Source of the DNA: Candidatus Altiarchaeota archaeon
GTDB lineage: Archaea > Altiarchaeota > Altiarchaeia > IMC4 > SCGC-AAA252-I15
Assembly: GCA_043813075.1 (NCBI GenBank)
Contig: JBDRLL010000003.1
Span: 32,001-96,000, forward strand
Direction: 5' to 3'
Length of the DNA: 64,000 nucleotides
Under the pieces are notes generated by a model. It was not told the origin of the DNA, searched no databases, and saw only the letters and a list, made by a program, of their open reading frames with translations. Below are positions 21,503 through 31,015 of the stretch, one piece after another (positions within the stretch are counted from its first letter, which is position 1; the number at the start of each line of letters is the position of its first letter). The translations under genes and the position numbers were made by a program.

Positions 21503-22453
21503 ATGAAAGACGGGAGGGAAGTCCACACGCTGATATGCCACAAACACGTGAACGTGGGTTTGAAGTGCCTCGATTCCCTGCTGAGGTTCTCGCAGGACCC
21601 GCTAAAGCTGGTCATACACGACGACGGAACGCTAACAGACAAAGACGCGGAAGAAGTGAAGTCAAAGTTGGATAACGCCATGCTGATAAGACGTGACGAG
21701 GCGGATGAAAAAGTCAAACCCATGCTAGCGAACCACCCGCACTGCATGAAACTGAGGGAGGTCAATCCACTATCATTAAAACTGATGGACGGGCCGCTAC
21801 TTAGCAATGGAGACTATGCGTACTGTGATGCTGACGTCCTGTTCACACGGCCGTTCACGGGACTGTTCAAATGGCCTGACGAGAAGACTTCAATGGTTTT
21901 TATGAAAGACAGTATTGACTCGTACGTCCTGAAGCTCAGGCATGTGATTGGATCTGGGAGGATGAGGATTTTATCGAAGATAAACACGGGGCTGATATTT
22001 GTCAGAAGGGGTGGTTACAGTCTAGACGCATTGGAGAACATCGTGCAGAAATTGGATTACAGGCAAGGCCATCAGTTCTATGAGCAAACCTGCTGGGCGT
22101 TGATGGCTGCGGGAGCGGAGTGCAGGCAATACGATCCCTTGAGAATCAGGACCACGATAAGTGACGTGCGGGGATGCCTGGAGGACTACAGGGGGCTTAC
22201 CGGCATTCACCTGACCGGGCCTAACAAGATGAACATAGACTACATGCTTGATGGACTTGGGTCTGGTGATGATGAAGAGGTGGAAGAGATTGGGACGGTA
22301 GATGCTGCGGAAGCGGGTTTAAAGGATTTGAGTAGAACCATCGTTTATTTCACGCCAGCATACGGGGGATACGTTAGATTATACAGGGACTACTACGCCA
22401 ACACACGGGTTTACAGGATGATGCGGGGCATTCGAGAAAAATACGGGATCTGA
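21503..22453 (+). CDS. Putative GT-A fold glycosyltransferase (paralog of 31016-31972)
   Basis: IHDDG, DxD (CDADVLF), NTG, EQT, H motifs. Confidence 0.65.
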   Translation: MKDGREVHTLICHKHVNVGLKCLDSLLRFSQDPLKLVIHDDGTLTDKDAEEVKSKLDNAMLIRRDEADEKVKPMLANHPHCMKLREVNPLSLKLMDGPLLSNGDYAYCDADVLFTRPFTGLFKWPDEKTSMVFMKDSIDSYVLKLRHVIGSGRMRILSKINTGLIFVRRGGYSLDALENIVQKLDYRQGHQFYEQTCWALMAAGAECRQYDPLRIRTTISDVRGCLEDYRGLTGIHLTGPNKMNIDYMLDGLGSGDDEEVEEIGTVDAAEAGLKDLSRTIVYFTPAYGGYVRLYRDYYANTRVYRMMRGIREKYGI

Positions 22454-22521
22454 TGAACCGCATCTAGCTTAATGCATCACCATATAAGACAGACGCCATT
22501 TATTAGTATTGTATTGTCCTA

Positions 22522-23046
22522 ATGTATACCATCATGGGTGTGGGAATACTATCCGGCACGAAAGTCCTGGTGGGTGACAGCGACACCAAGAGCCAGCTTA
22601 TTCAAAGGGGATTCGGTGAGGAGGAGGATGGGACTTACGTCCTGTCGCTCATAGAGGCTTTATTCCTCGTGGAGGAGGTTAAGCTAGACGTTATGAAGAA
22701 GGAGAAGCCCCTCTCGTTCGAAGACCTCGTTAAGCTCGGCTCAGCCAAGGAAGAGGAATTCTACAACAAATACATCGTCTACAAGGACTTGAGGAAGCGT
22801 GGCCTTGTCGTGAGGACTGGATTGAAGTTTGGCACAGACTTCCGGCTCTATGACCGAGGAGGCAGTGTGGGTAAAAGCCACTCCAAATACCTGGTGCACG
22901 TGGTGCCTGAGGAGTACTCCTGCAGTTTCCCTGAGATGGCGCGAGCACTACGACTAGCGAAGAACGTGAACAAGGACATGATATACGCCATAGTCGATGA
23001 GGAATGCGACGTCACGTATTACCTGGTTGATAGGATGAGGCTGTAA
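22522..23046 (+). CDS. endA: tRNA-splicing endonuclease
   Basis: LSLIEALFL, YKDLRKRG, GLKFGTDFRLY, H and K catalytic positions; single-unit size of 174 aa. Confidence 0.93.
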   Translation: MYTIMGVGILSGTKVLVGDSDTKSQLIQRGFGEEEDGTYVLSLIEALFLVEEVKLDVMKKEKPLSFEDLVKLGSAKEEEFYNKYIVYKDLRKRGLVVRTGLKFGTDFRLYDRGGSVGKSHSKYLVHVVPEEYSCSFPEMARALRLAKNVNKDMIYAIVDEECDVTYYLVDRMRL

Positions 23047-23393
23047 TGGACTACAGGAAGTTCGCCATAGACTTCATAATCGGCGGCATGATGGTGGCAG
23101 GCGCTGTGACAGTGGGAGTGCTAGTGAACCCCGCCTTGGGGGGTATTATGGCCGGAGCTCCTCTGCGTCTCGCAAGCACCATATTCCTTACTGGAATGCA
23201 TGAAGGGGATAAACTAGCCTATGAGATGGCGAAAGGCTCGCTCTACGCAGTGTTGGGGACACTATTGTTCTCACTGTCGCTTGTGTACTTGATGCCCAAA
23301 GTGGGTTTGACCAGGAGCTTTGTCTTATCCACGACAGTCTGGATGATTGCGACGATAGGGCTTTATTCCATAGGGAAGGCTGTCCTTAGGTAG
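23046..23393 (+). CDS. Small 4-TM membrane protein (DUF3147-like)
   Basis: FIIGG.MVA, GGIMAGAP; coupled to the endA stop. Confidence 0.6.
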   Translation: MDYRKFAIDFIIGGMMVAGAVTVGVLVNPALGGIMAGAPLRLASTIFLTGMHEGDKLAYEMAKGSLYAVLGTLLFSLSLVYLMPKVGLTRSFVLSTTVWMIATIGLYSIGKAVLR

Positions 23394-25028
23394 TCAGCTT
23401 AGAAAGGTTTTTTCAGTTACGGTTATGCTCGGCTTCTGGCTCTGATTGTAGAAGTACGTGTAAGTCGTCCCGCAACCATAAGCCTTATCACCCACGCAAG
23501 TGACTATGTGCCTGGTGTCGGACACCATGCCAGCCATCGTATTCTTGACTGTAGGGTCAAAGTAGACCCAACCACCATCATAGTACTCAACCCACGCATG
23601 GCCGTCGGCGCTGCTCGAGTTCACCAGGAATCCGGTAACCCTCCTTGCTGGTATGCCAAGGCATCTGAGGAATACTGCGGCAAGATCCGCGTGCTCATCG
23701 CACGCGCCCTTACGGTTAGAGTAAGCGTATAACCCACCATGCTCCAGCTCGTCAGCGTAGTATTCTATGTTGTCGTTCATCCAGGAGTAGACTTCAATCA
23801 CCGTATCGCCCGGTTTCCCTGACCTGAATGCCTCAGACGGGGGGCATAACATCTTCGACGCCACACTGTCCATCTCCAACGCATAGGACATGTCAGCTGA
23901 CGCCATCATCCTCTTAGACGGCCTTAAACCGCCATTCAACTCTACATCCTGGGTTATCCTTATCTCCCTTATGCCTTTACCATCGAAATCCAGCTCATAG
24001 GAGTAGACCATATTACCGTCATCATCCACAAAACTAGACTTCGGACTAATGCTTGACTTGGTTTCGATGAGACGCTGATACGGCAGGTAGTCTATGGCGG
24101 CGGGCGTCACATTCAATACGATGCTGGTGCCATACCCGGAATTCTCAACAGTCACCACCTTAGTTATCCTACGTCTCTCGACGCAATCACGGCCACACAC
24201 ATCACCGCAGTCGACGCGCTCCTCCCGCCCATCAAGGATATTGTTGTTGCAGTCCTGCTGGAGTTCATTGTAGTCTTTAATGTGCTTGTTGAATCTGTCG
24301 ACGAACTCACGGTCCTGCTGGACGGACTCTGTCATCAGCGTGTTCGCGGAGTTGAGGAGTCCTGGCTTCCTCTCCGTAGCGTACTTTATCATCTGATCGA
24401 TGGACTTCAGATATAGCTCAAGAGTGTTGTCGAATATCGAGTGCATGCCAGCGAACTCTGTTGGGGGTGTGAGCATCTTCAGACGGGAATGTATCGAAGA
24501 TATGCGGGAGTAGGACTCGATAGCACTCACCTTCAGGGCGTTGAAGTCGTAGTCCCTGTTGTACGCGTTGACTGCGCCACCATACTCCATGGACTCGTTG
24601 TACCACTCATCCCTCAAAGCGTTTATCCTGTTGACGTAGTTCGTACCGGAGTCATTGCACGGGTCGCATGGCCCGCCACAGTCCACCCCCTTCTCCCCCT
24701 GATTCTGCATGCCATCGATGCACGTCGCTCTGCAGTCTTGAGGGCAGTTGAGGTAGTCTTCAGTGGTCTCGCACGCGCTGTTCCCACAGCATTCAAGGAG
24801 CTCCTGGGACACGCAACTCCCGTTCATGCACGTGTATGCAATGCAGCCGCCGGTGCCGTAACACCCCTTTTCCGGGCCGTCAACAGGAGTGTAAACACAC
24901 TCCATGCTGTCGTTGCAGTAGTCAAAGGTGCATGGATTACTGTCGTCGCACACTGGACACTGGCGAGTGCAACCTAAAGCCATGAAAACCACTAAGGCGA
25001 CGACGGGAATAATGTTCCTCGACTCCAT
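23394..25028 (-). CDS. Secreted or lipid-anchored Cys-rich protein with transglutaminase-like domain
   Basis: Signal peptide ending ALGC; CDDSNPCT and GEKGVDCGGPC modules; triad GACDEHA / HAWVEY / YFDPT. Confidence 0.85.
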   Translation of the reverse strand: MESRNIIPVVALVVFMALGCTRQCPVCDDSNPCTFDYCNDSMECVYTPVDGPEKGCYGTGGCIAYTCMNGSCVSQELLECCGNSACETTEDYLNCPQDCRATCIDGMQNQGEKGVDCGGPCDPCNDSGTNYVNRINALRDEWYNESMEYGGAVNAYNRDYDFNALKVSAIESYSRISSIHSRLKMLTPPTEFAGMHSIFDNTLELYLKSIDQMIKYATERKPGLLNSANTLMTESVQQDREFVDRFNKHIKDYNELQQDCNNNILDGREERVDCGDVCGRDCVERRRITKVVTVENSGYGTSIVLNVTPAAIDYLPYQRLIETKSSISPKSSFVDDDGNMVYSYELDFDGKGIREIRITQDVELNGGLRPSKRMMASADMSYALEMDSVASKMLCPPSEAFRSGKPGDTVIEVYSWMNDNIEYYADELEHGGLYAYSNRKGACDEHADLAAVFLRCLGIPARRVTGFLVNSSSADGHAWVEYYDGGWVYFDPTVKNTMAGMVSDTRHIVTCVGDKAYGCGTTYTYFYNQSQKPSITVTEKTFLS

Positions 25029-25420
25029 CAGACATTCCTCCAGAAGCCCTTGAAAATCCTCCCGAACGCTCCGGCCAGGTTTCCTTGACCAACAGTATTT
25101 TCACCGAGGAACGACAGGAGTTCCGCGTATTTAGCCGACTCCCTAGGCCCGATAATGTATTCGCTGATGACTTCCAAGTCATGGCTGTCCAGAGAAAAGC
25201 GGGGGTTGTATTTAACATATTCCGACTCCCTGTTGGTGCCGTCGTTTTTCAAGAACACTGACTCAGCCATCCCGACTTCAACGAGTATCTGCACTATCTT
25301 CCTTGCTTCAGTGAGGCTTCCAATCATCTCCCTGAGTTCGCCCACGCTTAGCCTTCCCTTGGATTGAAGCGTCTTGACTGTGTTCAATAGTTTCTCTGAG
25401 CGGGTCTTGTATTTAGACAT
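25028..25420 (-). CDS. Hypothetical protein, possible wHTH
   Basis: 130 aa ORF coupled to the downstream gene. Confidence 0.6.
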   Translation of the reverse strand: MSKYKTRSEKLLNTVKTLQSKGRLSVGELREMIGSLTEARKIVQILVEVGMAESVFLKNDGTNRESEYVKYNPRFSLDSHDLEVISEYIIGPRESAKYAELLSFLGENTVGQGNLAGAFGRIFKGFWRNV

Positions 25421-25480
25421 CTTTGGTTTTGGATGGGGAATTGTTACCTATTTTAAAGAGTAATTAATATAGAGGATATC

Positions 25481-26485
25481 ATGGAGTACGACCTTCGCAA
25501 GCTCGCTAAATACCCGTTCCTTGATGAAGCGAAATCGTATGTTGCGTCACTGGGGATAGGTCTTGAAGGCATGACTGATGACCCCGTCTATTCCGCCTGC
25601 ATTGAGAAGGGCAGGGAGCGTGTCATATCATGCATTAACGGGGAGTTCAAGCCTGATACGGGGGAGACACTCCCGATGCAGCTGACTGTATTGAGCTATC
25701 CTATCGCGAGGATAATAGCGAACAGCCTAAAAAGCAAACCGCTTTTCGAGAAATACGCTCTAGGGGAGGCGAAGGCTGTGGGCAGGTTCCTAGAAGACGA
25801 GGATGACGAGGTGCTGGGGGAGATAGTCCAAGACCTTGACGTCAAATACTATGACGGGGTGATGCCGCTGGCGGAATACCTGAGGCTCGGCAGATTCCTG
25901 GCGAGGAGGAACAGCAAGTGGAAGCTGGTAAACCGCGTGGTGGACGGGGGCATGGTCAGGATGGACGTGTCAGACTTCAAGACAATTTTGAACGAGGCGG
26001 TTAGGATAAGGGTCATGCAGCCACTGGACGTTAAGAACGTGCCTGAGAAACTCAAGGTTATCGCCAAGAACATCAACGCGTCCATGACTGGAGTCAGGGA
26101 TGAGATCAGCATCGAGAACGTTGACATGGACGCCCTGCCGGAGTGCATACAGAAGATGATTGCGATGCTCGAGACAGGCAGCGCATCCCACAACGCCATG
26201 TTCATACTCGCAACCTTCTTCCTGAACCTCGGCCTCAACAAGGATGATGTCCTCAAAGTGTTCATGAGGTCGCCGGACTATAAGGAGGATTTAGCCAGCT
26301 ACCAGATAGAATTCCTGTCCGGCGAGAAGGGCGGGACCGCCTACACGTGCCCCACCTGCGAGACAATCAAATCCTATGGCCTGGGGTGCAGCGACTGCAC
26401 ATTCCGGCATCCACTGCAGAAGTACAGGGTTAATGCGAGGGAAAATAGGAATGCCGGCAAGTATAAAAAGAGCCATAATCAATAA
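25481..26485 (+). CDS. priL: DNA primase large subunit
   Basis: AKYPFL, SYPIAR, WKLVNR, PECI, H..MF.LA.F, Y.CPTC..I..YG.C. Confidence 0.93.
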   Translation: MEYDLRKLAKYPFLDEAKSYVASLGIGLEGMTDDPVYSACIEKGRERVISCINGEFKPDTGETLPMQLTVLSYPIARIIANSLKSKPLFEKYALGEAKAVGRFLEDEDDEVLGEIVQDLDVKYYDGVMPLAEYLRLGRFLARRNSKWKLVNRVVDGGMVRMDVSDFKTILNEAVRIRVMQPLDVKNVPEKLKVIAKNINASMTGVRDEISIENVDMDALPECIQKMIAMLETGSASHNAMFILATFFLNLGLNKDDVLKVFMRSPDYKEDLASYQIEFLSGEKGGTAYTCPTCETIKSYGLGCSDCTFRHPLQKYRVNARENRNAGKYKKSHNQ

Positions 26486-26491
26486 GAGTGT

Positions 26492-26809
26492 ATGGACAAA
26501 ATATTCTTGGTTAAACTAGAGAGGACTAGGGCTTACTGGGACTATTATAAGATGATCTTCACTATGCTCTGCCTTGCGTGCACCGCGCTTATTGTTTCAA
26601 CAGCCATATTCTTCCACGCTGGGGCTCTGAGTTTCATAGCAGCAGTGGGTTTGAGCGCATTGTTCCTGCTTGTGATCCTCCTCCTGCTCGCGGTCATGTC
26701 GCTGATGATATGGAGTTTTGAGAACAAGCACCTTCACGACCTGATAGCTGACGAGATAGAGGATGTCCAAGACACTCCAGAGGAGGAGCAGGAGTACCCG
26801 CTAGTCTAA
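26492..26809 (+). CDS. Hypothetical 2-TM protein with acidic tail
   Basis: Two hydrophobic helices; follows priL closely. Confidence 0.65.
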   Translation: MDKIFLVKLERTRAYWDYYKMIFTMLCLACTALIVSTAIFFHAGALSFIAAVGLSALFLLVILLLLAVMSLMIWSFENKHLHDLIADEIEDVQDTPEEEQEYPLV

Positions 26810-26950
26810 CGCAGTATTTCAGAGCAGTTGCGGGAGTATCTTCCGTGACTTCGATCTCCCATGTTCCGTTGTGGCGTCAAATCTTTCGACAGCATGCTTC
26901 TGCAGTTCCTCACGATAGACCATATTACCACATATGGTTTTTAGGGTAAA

Positions 26951-27349
26951 TCAGTAGTAGGCTAGGAGTGTTCCTGAACTGGCCCTTTCCACGGCCTTCC
27001 TGCGCATCTGGTCGTAGTCCGGCTCTCTTACGGGCTCCACAACACCAAGGTGGTCGTTTATCCATTCCACGTATTCAACAGTCTTCTTGCAGTTGTGGAT
27101 GGCGTTCTCTATGTTGTCGGGGTTGTCATTGGCCTTCATCGCGTTCAGGTAGGCGGAGCACATCTCTTTCATGTGGAGTAGTGCGGGCACGCGCATCCAT
27201 TCTATGAGGTTCTCGAGTTCTACGACGTGCAGGCCTGATAGGGTTTTGCGCAGGTTGTTTCTCGCTTCTTTGCGGATCTCCTTGTTCGGGTGCCATACGT
27301 CCGAGTGGTTGTTTATGAGCACCCGCGTGTCGATACCCCTTAAATCCAT
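26951..27349 (-). CDS. Hypothetical protein
   Basis: Helical-looking ORF; likely ATG start at 27349. Confidence 0.55.
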   Translation of the reverse strand: MDLRGIDTRVLINNHSDVWHPNKEIRKEARNNLRKTLSGLHVVELENLIEWMRVPALLHMKEMCSAYLNAMKANDNPDNIENAIHNCKKTVEYVEWINDHLGVVEPVREPDYDQMRRKAVERASSGTLLAYY

Positions 27350-27400
27350 TCCCCCATTAATTATCACGGAATCAGGGGGTTAAAAAGGCGTTTCTAGAGC

Positions 27401-27473
27401 AAAGGAAAAGAAAAAAAACTTTTAAAATATAAGAAAATGTTTTATTATATAAGATAATTTTTTATAGTATAAG
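27401..27473. other. Very AT-rich intergenic tract downstream of rbcL (terminator/promoter)
   Basis: Almost only A/T over about 70 bp; T-runs on the minus strand. Confidence 0.5.
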
Positions 27474-27474
27474 G

Positions 27475-28737
27475 CTATTTCCCGAACTTTTTTAGCGCCT
27501 TCCTCAGCTCCTCGTGGTCTCTCGCGTAATCCTCTAGGGACACTCCCTCAAGCACCGCGTCAACCGCCTGCCGCATGCTCTTCGCCCCAGCAACCGTCCC
27601 ATCCGGGTGGCCGTGAACGCCGCCGCCGGCCTGTATGATGACGTCCTTGCCCATGAAGTCCATCAAAGGCGGGACTATCCCCGCATGCATGCCGCCGCTG
27701 GAGACAGGGAACACCGGCTTCATGCCATACCACTTCTGGGGCAGCACAAACTCGTCCATCCTAACGTCATCCTCCACTATGGCGTCGCGTATGGCCATAA
27801 CCTCCCTCATGGGGCCCTCCATCTTGCCGACTGCAGTGCCGATGTGAAGCTGGTCGACCCCAATCATCCGGTATATCTTAGCCAACGCGAGCATCGTTAT
27901 CCCATGACTCTTGTTCCTGGTCAACGCGGCATGCATTGCCCTGTGGGCGTGCAAGACCAGGCCTATCTCATGCATCCTAACGGTCTGGACCGCGCTGAAA
28001 CCAAGAGTCACCACGTCTATCATCGCGTAACGGCCGCCATGGTCCTTTATGAACTCCATGCGGCGTATCATCTCACTGGTCTCCGCGGTGATGTTCGCCA
28101 TATACACCTTCTGCTCGCCGGTCTCAGAGTAAGCCTTGTCACGCGCCTCAAGAGTCTTGATCACCCGGTCTTCGAAACGGTTGAATGGCTGGTCTGTCAG
28201 GTTCTCATCGTCCTTGACTATGTCGCAGCCGCCAAGCCAGCTCCCATAGGCGACGTCAGCGTGCTGCTGTGAATCCAACCCCACCTTCGGCTTCACTATA
28301 GTCCCCACAAGAGGACGCTCACTGACCTCCAACACTTCCCTTACGCCGGAAACCCCAAAGTGAGGGCCCTTATGCGCCTTCAGCACCGCCCTCGGAAAGC
28401 CTATGTCCAGCAGCCGGAGGTTTTCAATGGCCTTCATGCCGTAGATGTTTCCGGCGATGCTGCTCATAATCTGCGGTACGTTAGAGGGCTCGAACAACTC
28501 GAGTGGATACGCTATCTTGGCCAGCCCCTTCTTCTCATCCATCCAGTACACGTGGGGCTGCAGGTTCTCACGCACCTCATCCTTCATCGTCGACACGTCA
28601 GTCCAAGTGCCGATGCTTGACTCGCCGGTAACATGCTCGCACGCCTTCGGGAAAGAGATGCCCTTAGAGGGCTCGATGTAGAACAATGTCAGCATATCAT
28701 TGTCGTCCGGCGCATACTTCAGGTCGATGTAGGACAT
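27475..28737 (-). CDS. rbcL: Form III RuBisCO
   Basis: GESSIGTW, AGN, IVKPK, DIVKDDE, HAHRAMH, LHIGT..GKM, SSGG, AGGGVHGHP; catalytic residues intact. Confidence 0.96.
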   Translation of the reverse strand: MSYIDLKYAPDDNDMLTLFYIEPSKGISFPKACEHVTGESSIGTWTDVSTMKDEVRENLQPHVYWMDEKKGLAKIAYPLELFEPSNVPQIMSSIAGNIYGMKAIENLRLLDIGFPRAVLKAHKGPHFGVSGVREVLEVSERPLVGTIVKPKVGLDSQQHADVAYGSWLGGCDIVKDDENLTDQPFNRFEDRVIKTLEARDKAYSETGEQKVYMANITAETSEMIRRMEFIKDHGGRYAMIDVVTLGFSAVQTVRMHEIGLVLHAHRAMHAALTRNKSHGITMLALAKIYRMIGVDQLHIGTAVGKMEGPMREVMAIRDAIVEDDVRMDEFVLPQKWYGMKPVFPVSSGGMHAGIVPPLMDFMGKDVIIQAGGGVHGHPDGTVAGAKSMRQAVDAVLEGVSLEDYARDHEELRKALKKFGK

Positions 28738-28792
28738 AAGAAGATAATCGTATGACGGCTATAAAAAAGGCAGCGCTCCCTAAAGTAATCAC

Positions 28793-29935
28793 ATGAGAGT
28801 GTCTTGTAGTGCCAGTCAAAAGCCAGACGAGATATTCAAGCATCTTACTGACGTGCAGCCTGCAAGCGAGGGTATGAAGGCTGAAAAGCGCGAATACACC
28901 ACAATATACAGTTTTCCGAGCAGGAAGGATTACGGCAGAATAACAGTGTATAACCCTGTGTTCCATTCAGGGAACACTGAAATCCCATTCAATCTCTCCC
29001 GACTGGCAAGTCCTGAAGGCCGCGATTTCGTAGCCGCCCTAACAAGAGCACGGCTTGACACGCCATACGGGGGGCCGCAGGATGAACGTGACCTACCGTA
29101 CTACAGGATATGGGAGAAACACCGGACTGACGAGTCGAGTTTTATATGTTCTGTTACCGGTTCTTTCAGAAGGCATGTTCTGGGAATGCCCTGTGTTATT
29201 AGGGGCGAGGAGTCCATGCTAGAAGCCAAGATCCCTGGGGAGGATGTTGAACACCGCCAGGTCAGTTTGAGAGACTTTGACTACACCATGAGAATGGTCA
29301 ACAGATACGGTTTTAATGCCGGATTCATGGAACCCGTCATGAGCGTCTATTATCCTGATGCAGAATCCGAGTTGTATGGCGAACGTAGGAGGGAGCCGAT
29401 GCTTGCGGTTTTTTTCCGCCATCATCCGAACAGGAGGCTGTACGATCACACCCACAACGAACCGGTTAGCAGAGGATATCTGCAGCACGTTGCAAAAAAC
29501 TGCGGCATGTCAGTTGAAAACCTGGTTGAGGATGTCGCATGCAGCGTATTCGACATACTCGGGAAGATTCACGCAGAGGGTATACTAATCCAGGGGGAAG
29601 CCTTCCTCTGGAATTACATCCTAACTGAGAAGGGGAAGACAATGTATGTGCCAGACTTCGACCAGTCAAGGGAGATTGAATACCCTGAGGAATACCAGCG
29701 ACTTGGGGGGACAGAAGTCGCAGACATGACGCTACACACGATGAGACACATTATAGAGCCCAACATACTAGACCCTGCAAAGCGTACCGCGATAATAACC
29801 AAGTGCCTTAAGAATTATGCAGACACTATGAGGAGGTATAATGCAGGATTATGCGAAACAGGGCCTATACCACCTCCTCCTGAAGGCGAGCGTGAATTCG
29901 ACGTGAAATCCATTGTTGGAGAGGGCATACGATAA
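28793..29935 (+). CDS. Hypothetical protein with degenerate protein-kinase-like C-lobe
   Basis: LGKIHAEGILIQGEAFLWNYIL...YVPDFD resembles H.xGixHxD..xN...DF. Confidence 0.6.
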   Translation: MRVSCSASQKPDEIFKHLTDVQPASEGMKAEKREYTTIYSFPSRKDYGRITVYNPVFHSGNTEIPFNLSRLASPEGRDFVAALTRARLDTPYGGPQDERDLPYYRIWEKHRTDESSFICSVTGSFRRHVLGMPCVIRGEESMLEAKIPGEDVEHRQVSLRDFDYTMRMVNRYGFNAGFMEPVMSVYYPDAESELYGERRREPMLAVFFRHHPNRRLYDHTHNEPVSRGYLQHVAKNCGMSVENLVEDVACSVFDILGKIHAEGILIQGEAFLWNYILTEKGKTMYVPDFDQSREIEYPEEYQRLGGTEVADMTLHTMRHIIEPNILDPAKRTAIITKCLKNYADTMRRYNAGLCETGPIPPPPEGEREFDVKSIVGEGIR

Positions 29936-29950
29936 AGCAAAACAATTGCT

Positions 29951-30961
29951 ATGAGAATGCACAGGGTCCAACACAGGCAGGGGGCAGGAGATGAGAGAAA
30001 AAGGATTAGGCTTCCTGAAGAGGAGATAGAGTTGAGGGGGCCTGAAGAGCCAGTTAGGAAGAGGCGTCAGAGGAAGCATAAGCCTGTCGTAGACTTGTAC
30101 TCGTATCACGCCACTAACGTGCCTAAGTTCAATGCCCTTGCTGAAAGCAATCCCGGCGTCAAACACATTTACGTGGGTTATGAATTGGATGGTGGATTCT
30201 CATATGAATACGCTGCTGACGGCAGTTGGGAGGGGAGAACGTGGGATCCTGGCGAACTATCGAAACGTAGTGCCGACGACGTGTTCAGGGAATACGCCAG
30301 GGGTAGGAGGAGGGAATTCTCGTCAAAGGATGTCCTAGTGTGGCTGAAGTCCCAGGACGACAACTCTGTTAATCGATTCAACATAGATGGGTGTATTCCG
30401 CCAAAGGAAGTTTTGAAAGAGTGCATGAGGGTTCTGGAACCGGGAGGGGCGATAGAGATGACGGTACCGTATCATGACAAGGAAGTGTCTGACAGAGTCC
30501 TGACTGAAATGCAGTTAAAGACTAGTACTGTGCCGCTATCACCGCTGGATTTGACGGCAGACTCTGTGAGAAATGACCTTTTCGAGGATAAATGGCGCCA
30601 CCCGGTGAAATACATCATAGAAAAGCCGGGTGGCGGCATAGAAGTGGACCGCAGACCGTTCTGGGAACGCCTAAACATGGAGCATATGAGGACGCTTGAG
30701 GGGAGGGTATATTCACAGCTTATCATGGACATTCATGAATCATTGAGGAGGGACCATGGCATGGATTACGGAGACCAGCTATTCGATGCGTTCAGGCACC
30801 CGACTACATGGGACATATTTAGAGACGTCTCAAGACTAGAAGAAGAGGATGCTTCAAGACTCAGGGGAGTGTTGACAGGATTAGATGATGAGGGGAGAGT
30901 CCTGGAATGCCAGAAACCATTGTTCACTGAATTAATAAGAGCAGCCAAAAGACCGGTATGA
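29951..30961 (+). CDS. Hypothetical protein with degenerate class I methyltransferase-like domain
   Basis: VVDL..., YVGYE, DNSVN, LKECMRVLEPGG; glycine-rich motif absent. Confidence 0.55.
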   Translation: MRMHRVQHRQGAGDERKRIRLPEEEIELRGPEEPVRKRRQRKHKPVVDLYSYHATNVPKFNALAESNPGVKHIYVGYELDGGFSYEYAADGSWEGRTWDPGELSKRSADDVFREYARGRRREFSSKDVLVWLKSQDDNSVNRFNIDGCIPPKEVLKECMRVLEPGGAIEMTVPYHDKEVSDRVLTEMQLKTSTVPLSPLDLTADSVRNDLFEDKWRHPVKYIIEKPGGGIEVDRRPFWERLNMEHMRTLEGRVYSQLIMDIHESLRRDHGMDYGDQLFDAFRHPTTWDIFRDVSRLEEEDASRLRGVLTGLDDEGRVLECQKPLFTELIRAAKRPV

Positions 30962-31015
30962 AGATGGTGATCGACCTAGACTCAGTTATATTCTGGCACC
31001 TAAATTATTATCAAG

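Noticed and set aside
26810-26935. Short minus-strand ORFs between two hypothetical genes
   Set aside because: Only about 35-40 codons in competing frames with no recognisable motif
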